Source: the human T2T-CHM13v2.0 reference genome, Homo sapiens. From it: DNA of 64,000 nucleotides. Below the pieces are notes generated by a model. The model was not told the DNA's origin. It worked only from the letters and a program-made list of their open reading frames with translations, and did not search any database. The position numbers and the translations under genes were made by a program. The DNA lies in the NCBI RefSeq assembly GCF_009914755.1, contig NC_060933.1. The stretch is one strand, 5' to 3'. Shown one piece after another: positions 1 through 12,800 of the stretch (positions within the stretch are counted from its first letter, which is position 1; every line of letters starts with the position of its first letter).

Positions 1-40
1 ACTTTCAAAGATGTCTTTCTCTCTGTGCTGTTTGGATTAG

Positions 41-596
<556 letters not shown>

Positions 597-1150
597 TAGG
601 GTAGAGTCTGACTCGGTGGAAGGAGCAGTCGTTGGGAGGGAGGGGAAGTGTGTGTGAGTAGGAGTGTTAAATTCCCAGGTCAGGGTATAGCGAGAGACTG
701 GCTTGGCTTTGGGGAGGTGAAAGCTGCAGGGTGGAGAGAGCTGGAATATGCCTGGGCCTCTCCAGGTGGGACAGAGACTAGGAGATGTCCCAGCTTTTAC
801 GCTTACACACACATTCTCTCTCATCCTACCAGCTGGGTCTGCACAGCTGGACCTGGGACCAGAGGAGGAAATACGCCAGCAGATCTTAGTAGGTACAGCT
901 AGTTGGTATTAGAGGGAGCAGAGTGATCTCAGTGAAGATGTGCCCAGTCATCAGTCTGGCAGGGGCCAGAGCAGACAGGGTTGGTGACAAAGCTCAGCTG
1001 GAGCTCAGCATGTATGAGTTTAGCATCCATGGCCTACACAGGGCTGACACCAGCTGGCAGTGTACAAAAATCACAGGGTCAATTTTCCAAGCTAAGCGTA
1101 TACTGTACACTCCTCTGAGAACCAAGTTCACTAATGCAGAGGCCACTTAA

Positions 1151-1565
<415 letters not shown>

Positions 1566-2939
1566 AGTATTCTTTTTTTTTTTTTTTTTTTAACATATCT
1601 GAATGAATTCATCAATCGTCTGCCTTATAAAAAATCAGTGGATTTATTCAGTGATAAAAACCAGTAAATTTTAATTTAGTAACTACTGATTTTGCATGCT
1701 TTTTGCATATCAAATGTAAGTTGTCAGGACCCTATTAATATGAATATTTTATCTAAATGTTACCCATTTAAAAATTATAAATATTTGTCTTACTCATACC
1801 TGCATTTTACTAAACTCATTATCTATAGTATAAAACTATTACCTATAATCTCTCTTTCCCACTGAACTATCTGCAGAGATCAAAGGACCCATTATTCAGG
1901 CCAGATGTTTTCATGTTTTTTAAAATTAATCTTGTTTGTATAAAGTATATTTAGCTTATTTTTTGACAAGTCCCTGATATTCCAGACTTAATGGGTACCA
2001 CCACTAAATCTGAATAATTGATGGAAATGTACCTAAAATGGCAGCAAATTGAGCATAGATCCTTTGGGGTATATTTCTCTGTATGCAGGGTGTTTGCTAT
2101 TGATGGGCCAGCAAGTGAGCCTAATCCAGACGTGTCAGATGATGGAGAAGGGCTTATTACCATAGACACTGTGTCCAGGATAACAGCCCCGAACTCTCTT
2201 CCATCCTTTGGAGTAGGCAGACTTGTCATGTCTGAGCTTTCTCTCTGTAACATATATTTACTCAAAATAACTATGAACATCTGTGTATGCCTCTCCAGTC
2301 TGCAAAGAACTTGTAATATATCTCTATTAACTTGTTGCTTAGGACAGCAGTTGTCAACTTTAAATTTTTTTCTGCAAAACATGAGGGTGACATTGACATG
2401 TGTGACACTTGTGCATCGATGTACCCATCATGTGATGTGTTTAATCCACAGATTCAATAGAATTTTACATCTTTGCTTCCTTCCTACTTGAGGAAGCTTG
2501 TTGGAACTCAACTGAGTGGGACTGAAGGTATTGAGATCACTTTGAAATTTCTCTTATTTGTAAAAGTAAGTTGATGAAATTGGGCACTTGAGTCATTGTG
2601 AATAATAAACTGCATCTGACACATTTCACAACTAAAGACATTCCTGTTCACCTCAACATCTCAGTTGTGAACTTATAGCTTAGTGAGTAATAGCATCTCC
2701 CATTGAAAGGAAAAGATTTACATGTTGAGAATAAGGTGGAGTGTTAGAAATGCCAATAAAAGTAATGGCATGTGTGGTGGTGGGGAGAGGTGATGCTAGA
2801 ATTGCTGATTTCTGCTCTCTTCTGGAAGCCAATAAATAAAGTTATTAGGACAGTCCAATTCATGTGAATGCAGGTAGAAGACTGGCTTCTGAGGGATGAG
2901 AACATCCAGCCTAAGTAGATATGTTTGTAATTTTTGAAG

Positions 2940-3180
2940 GTAACATTTATTGTTTACTAGTGCCTGGCAGGGTCTTTGTATTTTTACATAGATTGAATCA
3001 TTATAGTAAACCTATGAGATCAGTTTTGTTTTCATCCCTAAGTTACAGATGGGAAAAATGAGGGAAGTGAGAAAGGGAAATATTCAATCACTTGCCCAGT
3101 GCGTATGATTGTAAGTGAACAAGCTGAGATTTGAACTCAGGCAGTCTAGATTCAAGGTCTGTGCTCTAATTTATCGTGCT
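2940..3180 (-). mobile_element. MIR SINE
   Basis: taacatttattg...ttacagatgggaaaaatgagg...gagatttgaactcaggcagtct, antisense MIR core. Confidence 0.8.
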
Positions 3181-5629
3181 GCCCTCTATCTCCAATTCTA
3201 GCCTGTTTAAATTTAAATTACAGTCCTCACTGTTTTCCTCGCTTGACCTTGGCTTATGTATATTTTCTCTATATTTTTATGTAAGCAATATGCTTGAAAC
3301 AACAAGTTCATGTTTTTTTTAAAAACATGACATTTTTCATGTTTTGCCTAATGAATACTTGTAAATATCAGAAAATAAATTCTTTATATAAAATATTTTT
3401 TATTATTAATGCTACTTTTTGCATTAAAAATTTTCTAGGTGAATGACTATATTAGTATTCTCATTCTGTGATTTCTGAAATCTAAAAGTGCATTTACTGG
3501 AATAGGGTCTTTTTCATGCATTAAGCATAAATTGGAATTTTCAGGCTAAATTTGAACAGGCATGAAACTATACAAGGAGAATCAGAAATATACAGTGCTT
3601 AAAGGTGAGAAAAAAACACTCTGTTCTTTCTATTTTGTATAGCTTTTTTTAGATGCTCCTCATGTCCACTGGTGAAAAGAATGGTTTAAGTATTCAAGCT
3701 CCACACTGCAAAGGTATGGACAGAGGGGCAAGTTACTAAGGACATAAAAAATGCTTGGACATTGTAATACACCAGCTCCTAGAGATTACCTTAGCTCCAG
3801 TATGAATATAATCTATATTCGCATTCATTTGTAAAGACCAAGCTATCTGGAATTTCTGCCATTTTAGGAATATCTTGTATTGGTGGTTCATGATTGTAAA
3901 ATTATTATTATCATTTTAGACTTAAAATTTATTTGCTCTGCATATAGTATGCTGCATAGTTACAACTAATATTCGGGGCTATGATTTTGCATAGTTTAGT
4001 TTGTGAGTTTATGGCTGTAAGAGAAAAATAGGGACATATTTCATATGTTGTAGTAAATTCTTCACATAAACATGGTGTGGTTTTTAAACATTGTGGCAAA
4101 AAAAATGTGTTTTAAAAACATAGTGGCAATGAAGGGTGTGGAAGAGATGGGGCTTAGGATAGGGGTGGGATGGGTGAGCACTTTCCAGGTGAGTTCCGGT
4201 GACAGTTCTCAGGCCAAGTACAGAGCGGCATGGGGGTGGGGACAGTGGAGGACATCCCAGCGGCCCAAGCACCCCATGGCTCTGGATACACCCCACACCG
4301 CAATCTTGGGCTTCTTATATTGATTCTGCAAGAAAGAAGACTTTGCACTGATGTTTGACTATGAATCACAACTACAAACTTTTCTAGTCTGCAAACAATT
4401 TCTAAAGCAGTTATTCTTGTCCAGTCCTCTATTTTTAAAGAAGAAGAAAAGGATCCCTAGAGAAGTGACTTTGAAATGCACAGGGCACTGGACCTGGGTC
4501 AGATGATTCAATCAGTGTCTTGTTTCTGCGTCTTCCTACCTGTGTGATCTTGGGAAAGGCATTGGCCTTTCTGGCTACAGCTTCTCCACTGATAGCTTTG
4601 TGATCATCCTTTCTATGGATGCTAGGAAGATTAAATGGGACGATGCACATCAAATCACCATGGAAATGATGTACAGCTGTACAATCACTGCTTCAAAGCA
4701 ACTTACTCTAGGCACACAGCTAATCAGAATGCAAGGAATTCTGGCCACTTTGTGTAACTAATAGTCATATCAGTATGTTCTGGTGCCTATAAATCTTCTT
4801 AGATGCTTCTTTTCCTCACAAACTAAAATATAAGCCATTTCAGTTTCTTGCTTGTTTGTAGACTCCCCTCGAAGAAAATCTGAAGAGAAATTGTGCTTTT
4901 ACCCAACAGATCATTTCCGTTCCCTGAAATTGCCCTTGCCACAAATTATCACAAAAACTGGTATCCTCCTCAGCAGCATGCAGGGGGCTGTCACTTCAGG
5001 GCTGACACACTTTCTCTCCTTCAGAGAGAAATTTCTCTAAAGCTCTGAATGCTGAATTCAAAATATCAGTGCTGTCAGGCCAGGTTTGCCTTTTAAAGAA
5101 AGGTCATTGCTGTAAGGGACGGATCTGTGTGCAGGCCTCAAATTGGGTGGGAATAGATTGACAGACATACTGATTCACCAGAAAGATTTTGATGGATAAT
5201 AACAACCTTTCCTCTTTCAAGGGTGTGCTTAGGCAGATAGGAATAAGATATAAACAGAGTCTCTCTATTCTCTCTCTCTCCCTCTTCCCACAATATTACT
5301 TCCTTGGCATGTTTAGAGTGAAAATAAGTTTTCGTGGCTTTTACAGCCTTAAAAATATGGCTGCAACCAATTTTCCCAGGTATGTATTTCCCACTGCAAT
5401 TCCTTCCCTCATCCCAAAACACATATATGTACACATGCACATACACTCACACACATGGAGGGAAAGGAGTTATCAATTCTTTAGTTACATTACTTAACTG
5501 GAATACTATCTGTGGCCCATTCCCCTGTAGAAGTCTGCCAAATTTCCATCCATTCTTTAACTCTCACCATTTTCATGAATCATTCCAAGATTTTCCCAGA
5601 TAAAATTAATTTCCTTTCTCTCTCTCTTT

Positions 5630-5630
<1 letters not shown>

Positions 5631-5668
<38 letters not shown>
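5631..5668. repeat. (CA)19 microsatellite
   Basis: Direct reading. Confidence 0.98.
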
Positions 5669-5672
<4 letters not shown>

Positions 5673-8600
5673 CTCCCTGTACTGTAGGAGGGTTCATAGC
5701 CTGCTTTGATTATCAATGTATTTTTATTTCTGTTTCCCTACTAGGTTGTGAACTCTTCCTTGACAAGGAGTCTCAGACATCTATGTATCCCCCATAGAAA
5801 CTAAGCATTTATTAAAGGTGTTCACAGAAATATTTAGCTGTTACAACTCTTCAAAGCCACCCCTTTTTTCTAAATCTCAGAGAACTTAGAGATGGTCTGT
5901 ATTAGGGTTTCCTATGTCTTCTTCACTGGAAATTTTGGCCAAAGAGGACAAGACTACAAACAGGTCTCTAAAACTGAAGAAGTAAGAAGCACTGGGAAAG
6001 ATGAGAAACATGTGGACATCCATGGCTATGTTTTCATGTGGCAGGTGTCCCTGACACAAGGTATAGCAGCAAGCATTGCCCAGAACATGGCTACTGGCTT
6101 AGCAATGCCATGGAGGGGATGCAGAAATGGGACATTAATGGCAATTTAAGGGCAGGACAACATGTACATATACAGATACAAGAGAAGAACATTTCTGGAT
6201 TTAGATGAAAGGGGAAAACAAACAAGATGTATTACCAGTAGGAAAGGATGAGTACCCAGTTAATCCATTAGATACCATTTATATTTCAATTGTTAATGCC
6301 AATCCCTTAAGTGAACATAGGTTCTCACCTCTATATAAATCATTAACTTCTATTAGTAGATGAAAAAATACTTGATTTCACAAGCAGCACAAAGAGAAGG
6401 CCTGCAATAAACAAGGTTATAGGGTATCTCACTTGAGTTGGACAATATCTATTTTATAGTGAATATTCCAATAACGATTGTGAATCCTGAGTTTGAACTT
6501 CCTTCCTCTTCCTATTGGTGGTAGTGACAGGGAACATGTATGGAAGGCAAGAAAGAAAGATAAAAGATAAGATGAAGAGCCAACTAGCCAAGCCAAGACA
6601 GCCTTATTCACTAGTTCTCATAAATAAAAATGGTGCTAACATTAACTAAAGTGGCATAAACTATAGTAGGCAGTGGGCAATCATTAGTTTACGCAATAGA
6701 CTAACAACCCATTAAGGCAGATATTATTATCTTCATTAGCCACATGGGGAATAGAGGTGCAGCAAGGTTAAACAACATGTTCAAAGGCCGTCCAATTAAT
6801 CAGTGGTACTGCCACATCTGTCTGATTCTAATAAAAAAGGGAAATCTGCCAAATAAGAATAATACAGTTCAAAAAGTCAGATTAAATGAATTCAGAGAGG
6901 TAGCAGGAGATTCAGTGAGGAAACTGAGTTAAAAAACCCCTAAATCCCCTGAAATCTAAGCACCCAAAGGAGTTGGATGGCACTTATGGAGATACTTTCA
7001 AAACACAAGAGAAAAAGTTGAGGTAAGAAAAAGAATCAATTTGGCTAAAACTAGAACCTACACCAACATAATAGAAAGCTAGGTAACAAGGCAACTAAAC
7101 CAGGTCACTTAAGCAGAAGTGAAGAAAATAAAATTCACCTGTAGAAAGAAAGCCCAGAATAGGAGACTATTTTTAAATGGGAATTAGTTGGAATAGGATA
7201 AGCATTATTTAATTCTACTGGGCAGGAGGAACCGAGGTAAACACTGATTTACTGACAAGGAGGAACATCTAATTAAAGAGGACACTTTTAAGATTAAGAG
7301 GTTAGGGTTGGTTATTGGGTTTTATGTTTTTAAAACATTCTATAAAAGGGTCAATCTGTATTCAGTTTCACAGACTGAATCTGTATGCAGTTTCACACAG
7401 ACCACCCACGTGTGTTGGCAGATCCAGAAAGCTAGAATAGGGAAGGAAATGACTCAAAGTTATTTAATAAAGCTGATTTCACTCAAACTGTCTTGGCCTA
7501 AAGATATTTATTCCAAAATGAGAGGGCTTAGTGAATTTTGTCATGTTTGATTAAAAACCAAAAAAAAAAAAAAAAACAAAAAACCCAGTAATTCTTTGGA
7601 AAACATGGGTGATGGGAAAAGTGGACATCATCTAGAAAAGTTCCAAGGTCAAGGATCAGTCAGACCAATTTAAAAACTAAAAACAAATCAGTGTCAGATA
7701 TTAGCCAACTTGTAAAAACTGCAAGTGTTCAGAGGTTTGGAACTATAGCTAAATAGCTTTGATAATCAGGGTACACAAAACTTTGTACCCTTGAGATGAC
7801 GGAGTAGGCTCTTTGAATTTACTTTCATGATAATTGACGGGAAGTATTCAACTTTTTTTTTTCCAGATAATATATGTTGATCTGTAGCTTGAATCGTTAC
7901 ACACAAAAATATGTTGGGTATTACAAAATTGAAAGAAAGATAGAAAATACTAGTGCACTTTTAAAAAGAAAGCACTAATGTTATACCATACTGCTTTTTA
8001 AGGCACTAGAACCATATGTTCATGATAGGGGTGGGGGTAGGGGGTTGGTGAGAATACTATGTTTAGACCTCAATGTGGATTTTCTTTCAGCATTTGAAAA
8101 TCACTGCCAAAAATATGGTCTAGTATACACTGACATTTGGAGAGAGTACAACTGGATCAAAGGCTTCCTCAAACATAGGTTTCATTTGGTCACCAGTACT
8201 AGCATGTTCAAGCTTCTCTTTACAATCAAACATTTCTTAGGTCCACTTATTCCCAGTGGCATGTGGTTCAATGGTTCAACAAGGAAATATGGACAGTGGA
8301 AAGAAATAAGATTTAACTACTGGCACAGAAAGAACTTGTCCAATTAGCACAGTTTGCCAGGTGGTTATCTTGGATCTAACTCCAAGAATGACACAATATA
8401 GGAGCTATCCCTCCAAATTAGGTCTGAATTCAGAGCAGTATGAATTTGTAGTAATCATCCAGTTGCTAGCTATTCTATTCAGCATGTCATGCTCACAGGC
8501 AAGTCTCATGGCCAAGGAGCAAAAGCTCTAAAAGCAGACTGCGGGGTTGAATTCTAACTCTGGCGGGGTACAACTGGTGACATAACATACACAGCAAACT

Positions 8601-9374
8601 GCTCTAAACCTTGATCCTCATAGGGAAAAAGGAATATGGGGTTTTACCTCGTAGGCTATTTTGAAGATGAAAGGAGATCATTCATATAGAGGGTCTTGGC
8701 ACCTGGTAAATGCTCAACAAATGTAAGCTTTTATTGGCAGATTCTTTGGCAACAGACTCGAAAGCTGAAAATGTAAGAAACCAAAGATGTAATACTTCCA
8801 GAAGACAAAAGCATAATGGTACTAATTGGGTCTCAGGAGTCTATGTTGGCAGTAAAGGGGATGAATGCTGAAATCATCCTGTCCACTGGGTAAGAGAAAC
8901 AGAGCCCAAAATGGATTTCTGCAGGTACCCAGCATGGGGACACTTAAGTAGGGATCACACGAAGACCAAGAAGAACAACCCAGTGAGTGACCATAGCTAC
9001 CATTTTGCTGGGCCACTGGCCCATCATGTGCTTAGCCTGCAGTTGTGAACCAGCCCTGATAATCTCCCACGCCCATCAGCCTCCCATCCCAGAGAAACAG
9101 CTTGGGTGTGATGATTAGGGAGCAGCTTGTGGCTATGAAAGGGAGAGAGAGCAAAGCTAACTGGCCAAATGGGAATTGAAGCTGTGACCTTGGCCTCATT
9201 AAAACAGCAATGTTCTGGAGTGGATCAATTTTTCACAGACAGCCAGGCCATCTGCAGAGAAAACAAAACATGGCACGCGCACACACACACACAAATAAAA
9301 ATACAGAAACAAACAGCAACTAGGATTCACAACCGAAATAAAAATTAATTCACAGGCATTGTAAACATCAGCTT

Positions 9375-9377
<3 letters not shown>

Positions 9378-9418
<41 letters not shown>

Positions 9419-9425
9419 TGTGTGT
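9378..9425. repeat. (GT)n microsatellite
   Basis: Direct reading. Confidence 0.98.
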
Positions 9426-9804
9426 ATGCCAGCATCAAATAGCTGTCTATAAAGTCACTTCTGTTGGCAGGGTTGAAATGCTTCTGAAGTGGAGAAGTAT
9501 GTCTTTAGCTTACATTTGAAGAGATCTCATAGTTAAGTGGTCAACTTGTATTGATAAGACATCTATACTCCTCACAGATAAATAATGTGCCACCTTATAA
9601 AATTTGAAAACTGGAAAATTGGTACCTTTTCAGAAACAAGCTCAGATGTAGACCTAATAGTATTAGGTAGCACAGATCTGAAGCCCCGATTACCTCATCT
9701 GCAGTTATCCTATGGTATGCAAGAAGCCCTCTAAGTAAAGCTACAACACCCTAAGTGGAAAGCACGTCAGCATTAATCACATCTAATTATAAAGATGCGA
9801 ATAC

Positions 9805-10040
9805 TTATAATAGTACTTATTAGGTACTACTCATTGTTTTAAGCATGTTACATATATTGCCTACTTCAATTCTCATAATAACCCAATGGTGAAGGTGATG
9901 TTATCATTCCTATTTTATGTACAAATATATGAAACAGAGAGAAATTAGACAACTCGCCCTAGGTCATATGGTGAATAGAATGAGGATTGAGACTCAGGCA
10001 GTCTAACTTTGAACCCATGTTCTTAACAGCACTTCACATT
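9805..10040 (-). mobile_element. MIR SINE
   Basis: aattctcataataaccc...cattcctatttt...ggattgagactcaggcagtct. Confidence 0.75.
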
Positions 10041-10821
10041 GTAGCCAGTGAGGCCTCCTGGGAAAAACATGACATTAGACAGCAAGGAAATATGGTTTGC
10101 TGCTGGGGAACCCCCCACGCCCACCATCATCAATTTCTTTCTCTCTTTTCCCCGTTTTCTCCCTATAGTGTTAGTCTATGGGAAGCAAACTTTCACTACT
10201 TTTTAAAATTAGGTCAAAAGGCAAAACAAAAACATACCGCTGCCAGAAACCCTAGAGATAATATAACCAATGCCTTTATTTTGCAGATGAGGAGGTTTAG
10301 GGTCAAGCTAAGATTAGGATTGAGGGCCCTAAAAATTATTGGGATCATCAAACCCATGACAGTGCCTGCATTAGCAGCATCTACCCGCTCCTGATTCTTA
10401 CAGGTTTCTCTATGACATGCGCCGCAGGCTTCAGCAGCTGCGCTCTTATAACTCAGTTTTCATTCCTAGTTTCATTCATCGACCACACGGGTTTCCTCCC
10501 CTGCAAATCTTGGTTCTTCTCTTCCATTTGGGCAGTCCTCTGTGAGTGAATTATTTCACAAGTAAATTGCTCGATTACAGGAGATACCCACACTACTTTG
10601 TTCCATAAAATTATACTAAGTGTTCTGCATAGAGAGGAATTTCAAATCTTTTTGAATCTTTATTGTTAAAGCTAATTGGTAGTACCTTATATTTAATCTG
10701 CATGTGATTAGAAGTTACTGACTACTATACTCTCATGTTTCATCAGTTTTGGAGGTAGGGTACTTCCTCTAGCTCCTGGCTTTTTGTTTGGTGAAGATAA
10801 CATTTTAGAATTTGATATTAC

Positions 10822-11303
10822 CATGGTAGGCTGAATACTGGTCTCCAAAGATGTCTGTGTCCTGTCCTAACCCCAGAAACCTGTGAATATGTTTGTTTAT
10901 ATGGCAAAAGGGACTTTGCAGATGTGATTAAGTTAAGGATCTTGAGATGGGGAAATTATTCTGGATTATCTGGTGGGGCCCAATGTAATCACAAGGGTCC
11001 TCATAAGAGGGAGGCAATGGAGTTAGAGAAAAAGGAGGTGTGACCATGAAACCAGAGGCTGGAGTGATGCACTTTGAAGATGGGGGAATGGGACGCACAC
11101 CAAGGAATGCAGCTCAATCTCACTAGAAGATTGAAGAGGCAAAGAGACAAATAAATTCTCCTCTGCAGCTTCCAGAAACACACCCCAACCAACATCTTGA
11201 TTTTAGGCTTCTGACACCCAGAATTTTAACATAATCAATATGTGTTGTTTTAAGCCACAAATTTGGTTGTAATTTATACTGGTAATAATAGGAATTTAAT
11301 ACA
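10822..11303 (+). mobile_element. MLT1D-like MaLR solo LTR
   Basis: ggtaggctgaat...gggactttgcagatgtgattaagttaaggatcttgagatgggg...taataca; 5-bp TSD attac/atcac. Confidence 0.9.
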
Positions 11304-12457
11304 ATCACCCTTGTTCAGATCCTCGTGCCTATTCAAAATTAGCATCCATGAAATCAGCTTTTCCTCTTTGTAGTTTATCTCACCAGATTCAATGATCATT
11401 CATCCATTCAGTTCATTTAACCAATATTCGTGAAGCCCCTGCTATGTGCCAGGCACTGTGATTATGTGAGCAGAACGATGAGACAAACCTTCTCTTCCAT
11501 CCTGTTTCAATATCTGCCAAGGAAAAGGCAACCCTTCCCATAGGGCATCTTACTTGGCTTTGGTTTACCCACAGTGTTCCAACTTCAGACCTGAAAATGA
11601 CTTATCATAAACTTGGCTCACCTCGGGCTGCCTCACTGCTCACCCCCCAAACTTGGACATGTACAGCTAAGTTGTAAGCCTGTTTCCCTTGAGGACAGAG
11701 GCCTTTTACACTCAGGGCCAGTCTCAGATAACAAAGTACACAAGACTTGTCTTTGAAATCTTTCTCAACAGCATGGCCAGAAGTGTGTCCACACTCTCCT
11801 GTGTGCTGTAGCTCATTGACGTTCTGTTAGGACACTTAATCACGTGCCATCATTGACTATGATCACAGTAGTAAGACTGTCTTTTCCCTTCATAATCCTC
11901 TTGAGATTGGGGACTCATTCACATATGTGTCTTCTTTGGTGCCTGACTCATGATAGGTGCTCAAGAAGTGTGCTGAATGGATGCAACTATAAGCTAGTGC
12001 TCATCAAGGATAAATATCCCTGTGTGTGAATGTATATCCTCATGATTTACCAATGCTGATCAATAGTCTTCATCCCAATAGCTTTCTTTCCAGGTGAAAA
12101 CTTGATCTACTGAAGTTACCCAAATGGCTATGCTGACAAGCTTGATATAAAATATCAAATATCAGTAGAATCTTGAGCTTGGAGTTGAGTTTAGACTTTT
12201 ATTCCAAGTCCTGACTTTAACGTTGTCATTCATCTATCATCTTTGTATACTTGGGCCCTGGCACAATGCCTGGCATATAGTAGTTGTACATGGTATGTTT
12301 GTGGAATAAACATTCCAATGTGACAGCTGATGCTTGAAATGCTGAAATCTCCCTTATACCCTGTATCCAGTCTCACCTGCTGGCCCTCAAAGTTGCAGCC
12401 TCAGAGCCAAGGTGTTTTGTGAGTGATTCTACATCTATGCCAGACTATGTGTCTGAC

Positions 12458-12800
12458 TTTTAAAAATTGCCTTATTAAGGCAAAATTTACATACGAGTCA
12501 CTCATGTTTAGTGCACAATTTGATGAGTTCTGGCAAATGTCAAGGTCGTGTAACCACCACCACCGCACTCACGATACAGAACATTTCCATCACTTCAAAG
12601 AAGTTTCTCCATGGCCCTTTGTAATCCCCAACCCATGACCCCAAGCAACCATTGATCCACTTTTGGTTATTACAGTGTTGCCTTTTGAATACTTTCATAT
12701 AGGATGGAAATCATACAGAATGTAGTGGAATCATATAGAATGTAGCCTTTGATATCCCGCTCTTCCACATGTTTCTGAGATGCATTCGTCCTGCTGCTTG
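12458..12800 (-). mobile_element. Old L1 (L1MB/L1ME-type) 3' end
   Basis: tttgatgagtt...gtaaccaccacc...atacagaacatttccatcac...gcaaccattgatc...ggaatcatacag. Confidence 0.8.

Noticed and set aside
4181-4194. ctttccag|gtgagt as a recursive splice site
   Set aside because: Polypyrimidine tract is very short and no host transcript is established
6430-6515. Minus-strand exon-like segment (similar candidates at ~13640-13755 and ~57650-57775 minus, ~53624-53680 plus)
   Set aside because: Splice-like signals at about chance frequency, no recognisable peptides and no consistent gene model
8028-8048. G-quadruplex-like G runs (also ~27832-27864 and ~54990-55016)
   Set aside because: Imperfect, common, and with no functional context
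7000-8400. Possible CR1/L3 remnant
   Set aside because: Similarity too degenerate to support by eye
12706-12746. Small tandem duplications (also ~4075-4130, 45479-45511, 59528-59556) and short hairpins (3308-3330, 7768-7791)
   Set aside because: Ordinary slippage products or chance palindromes
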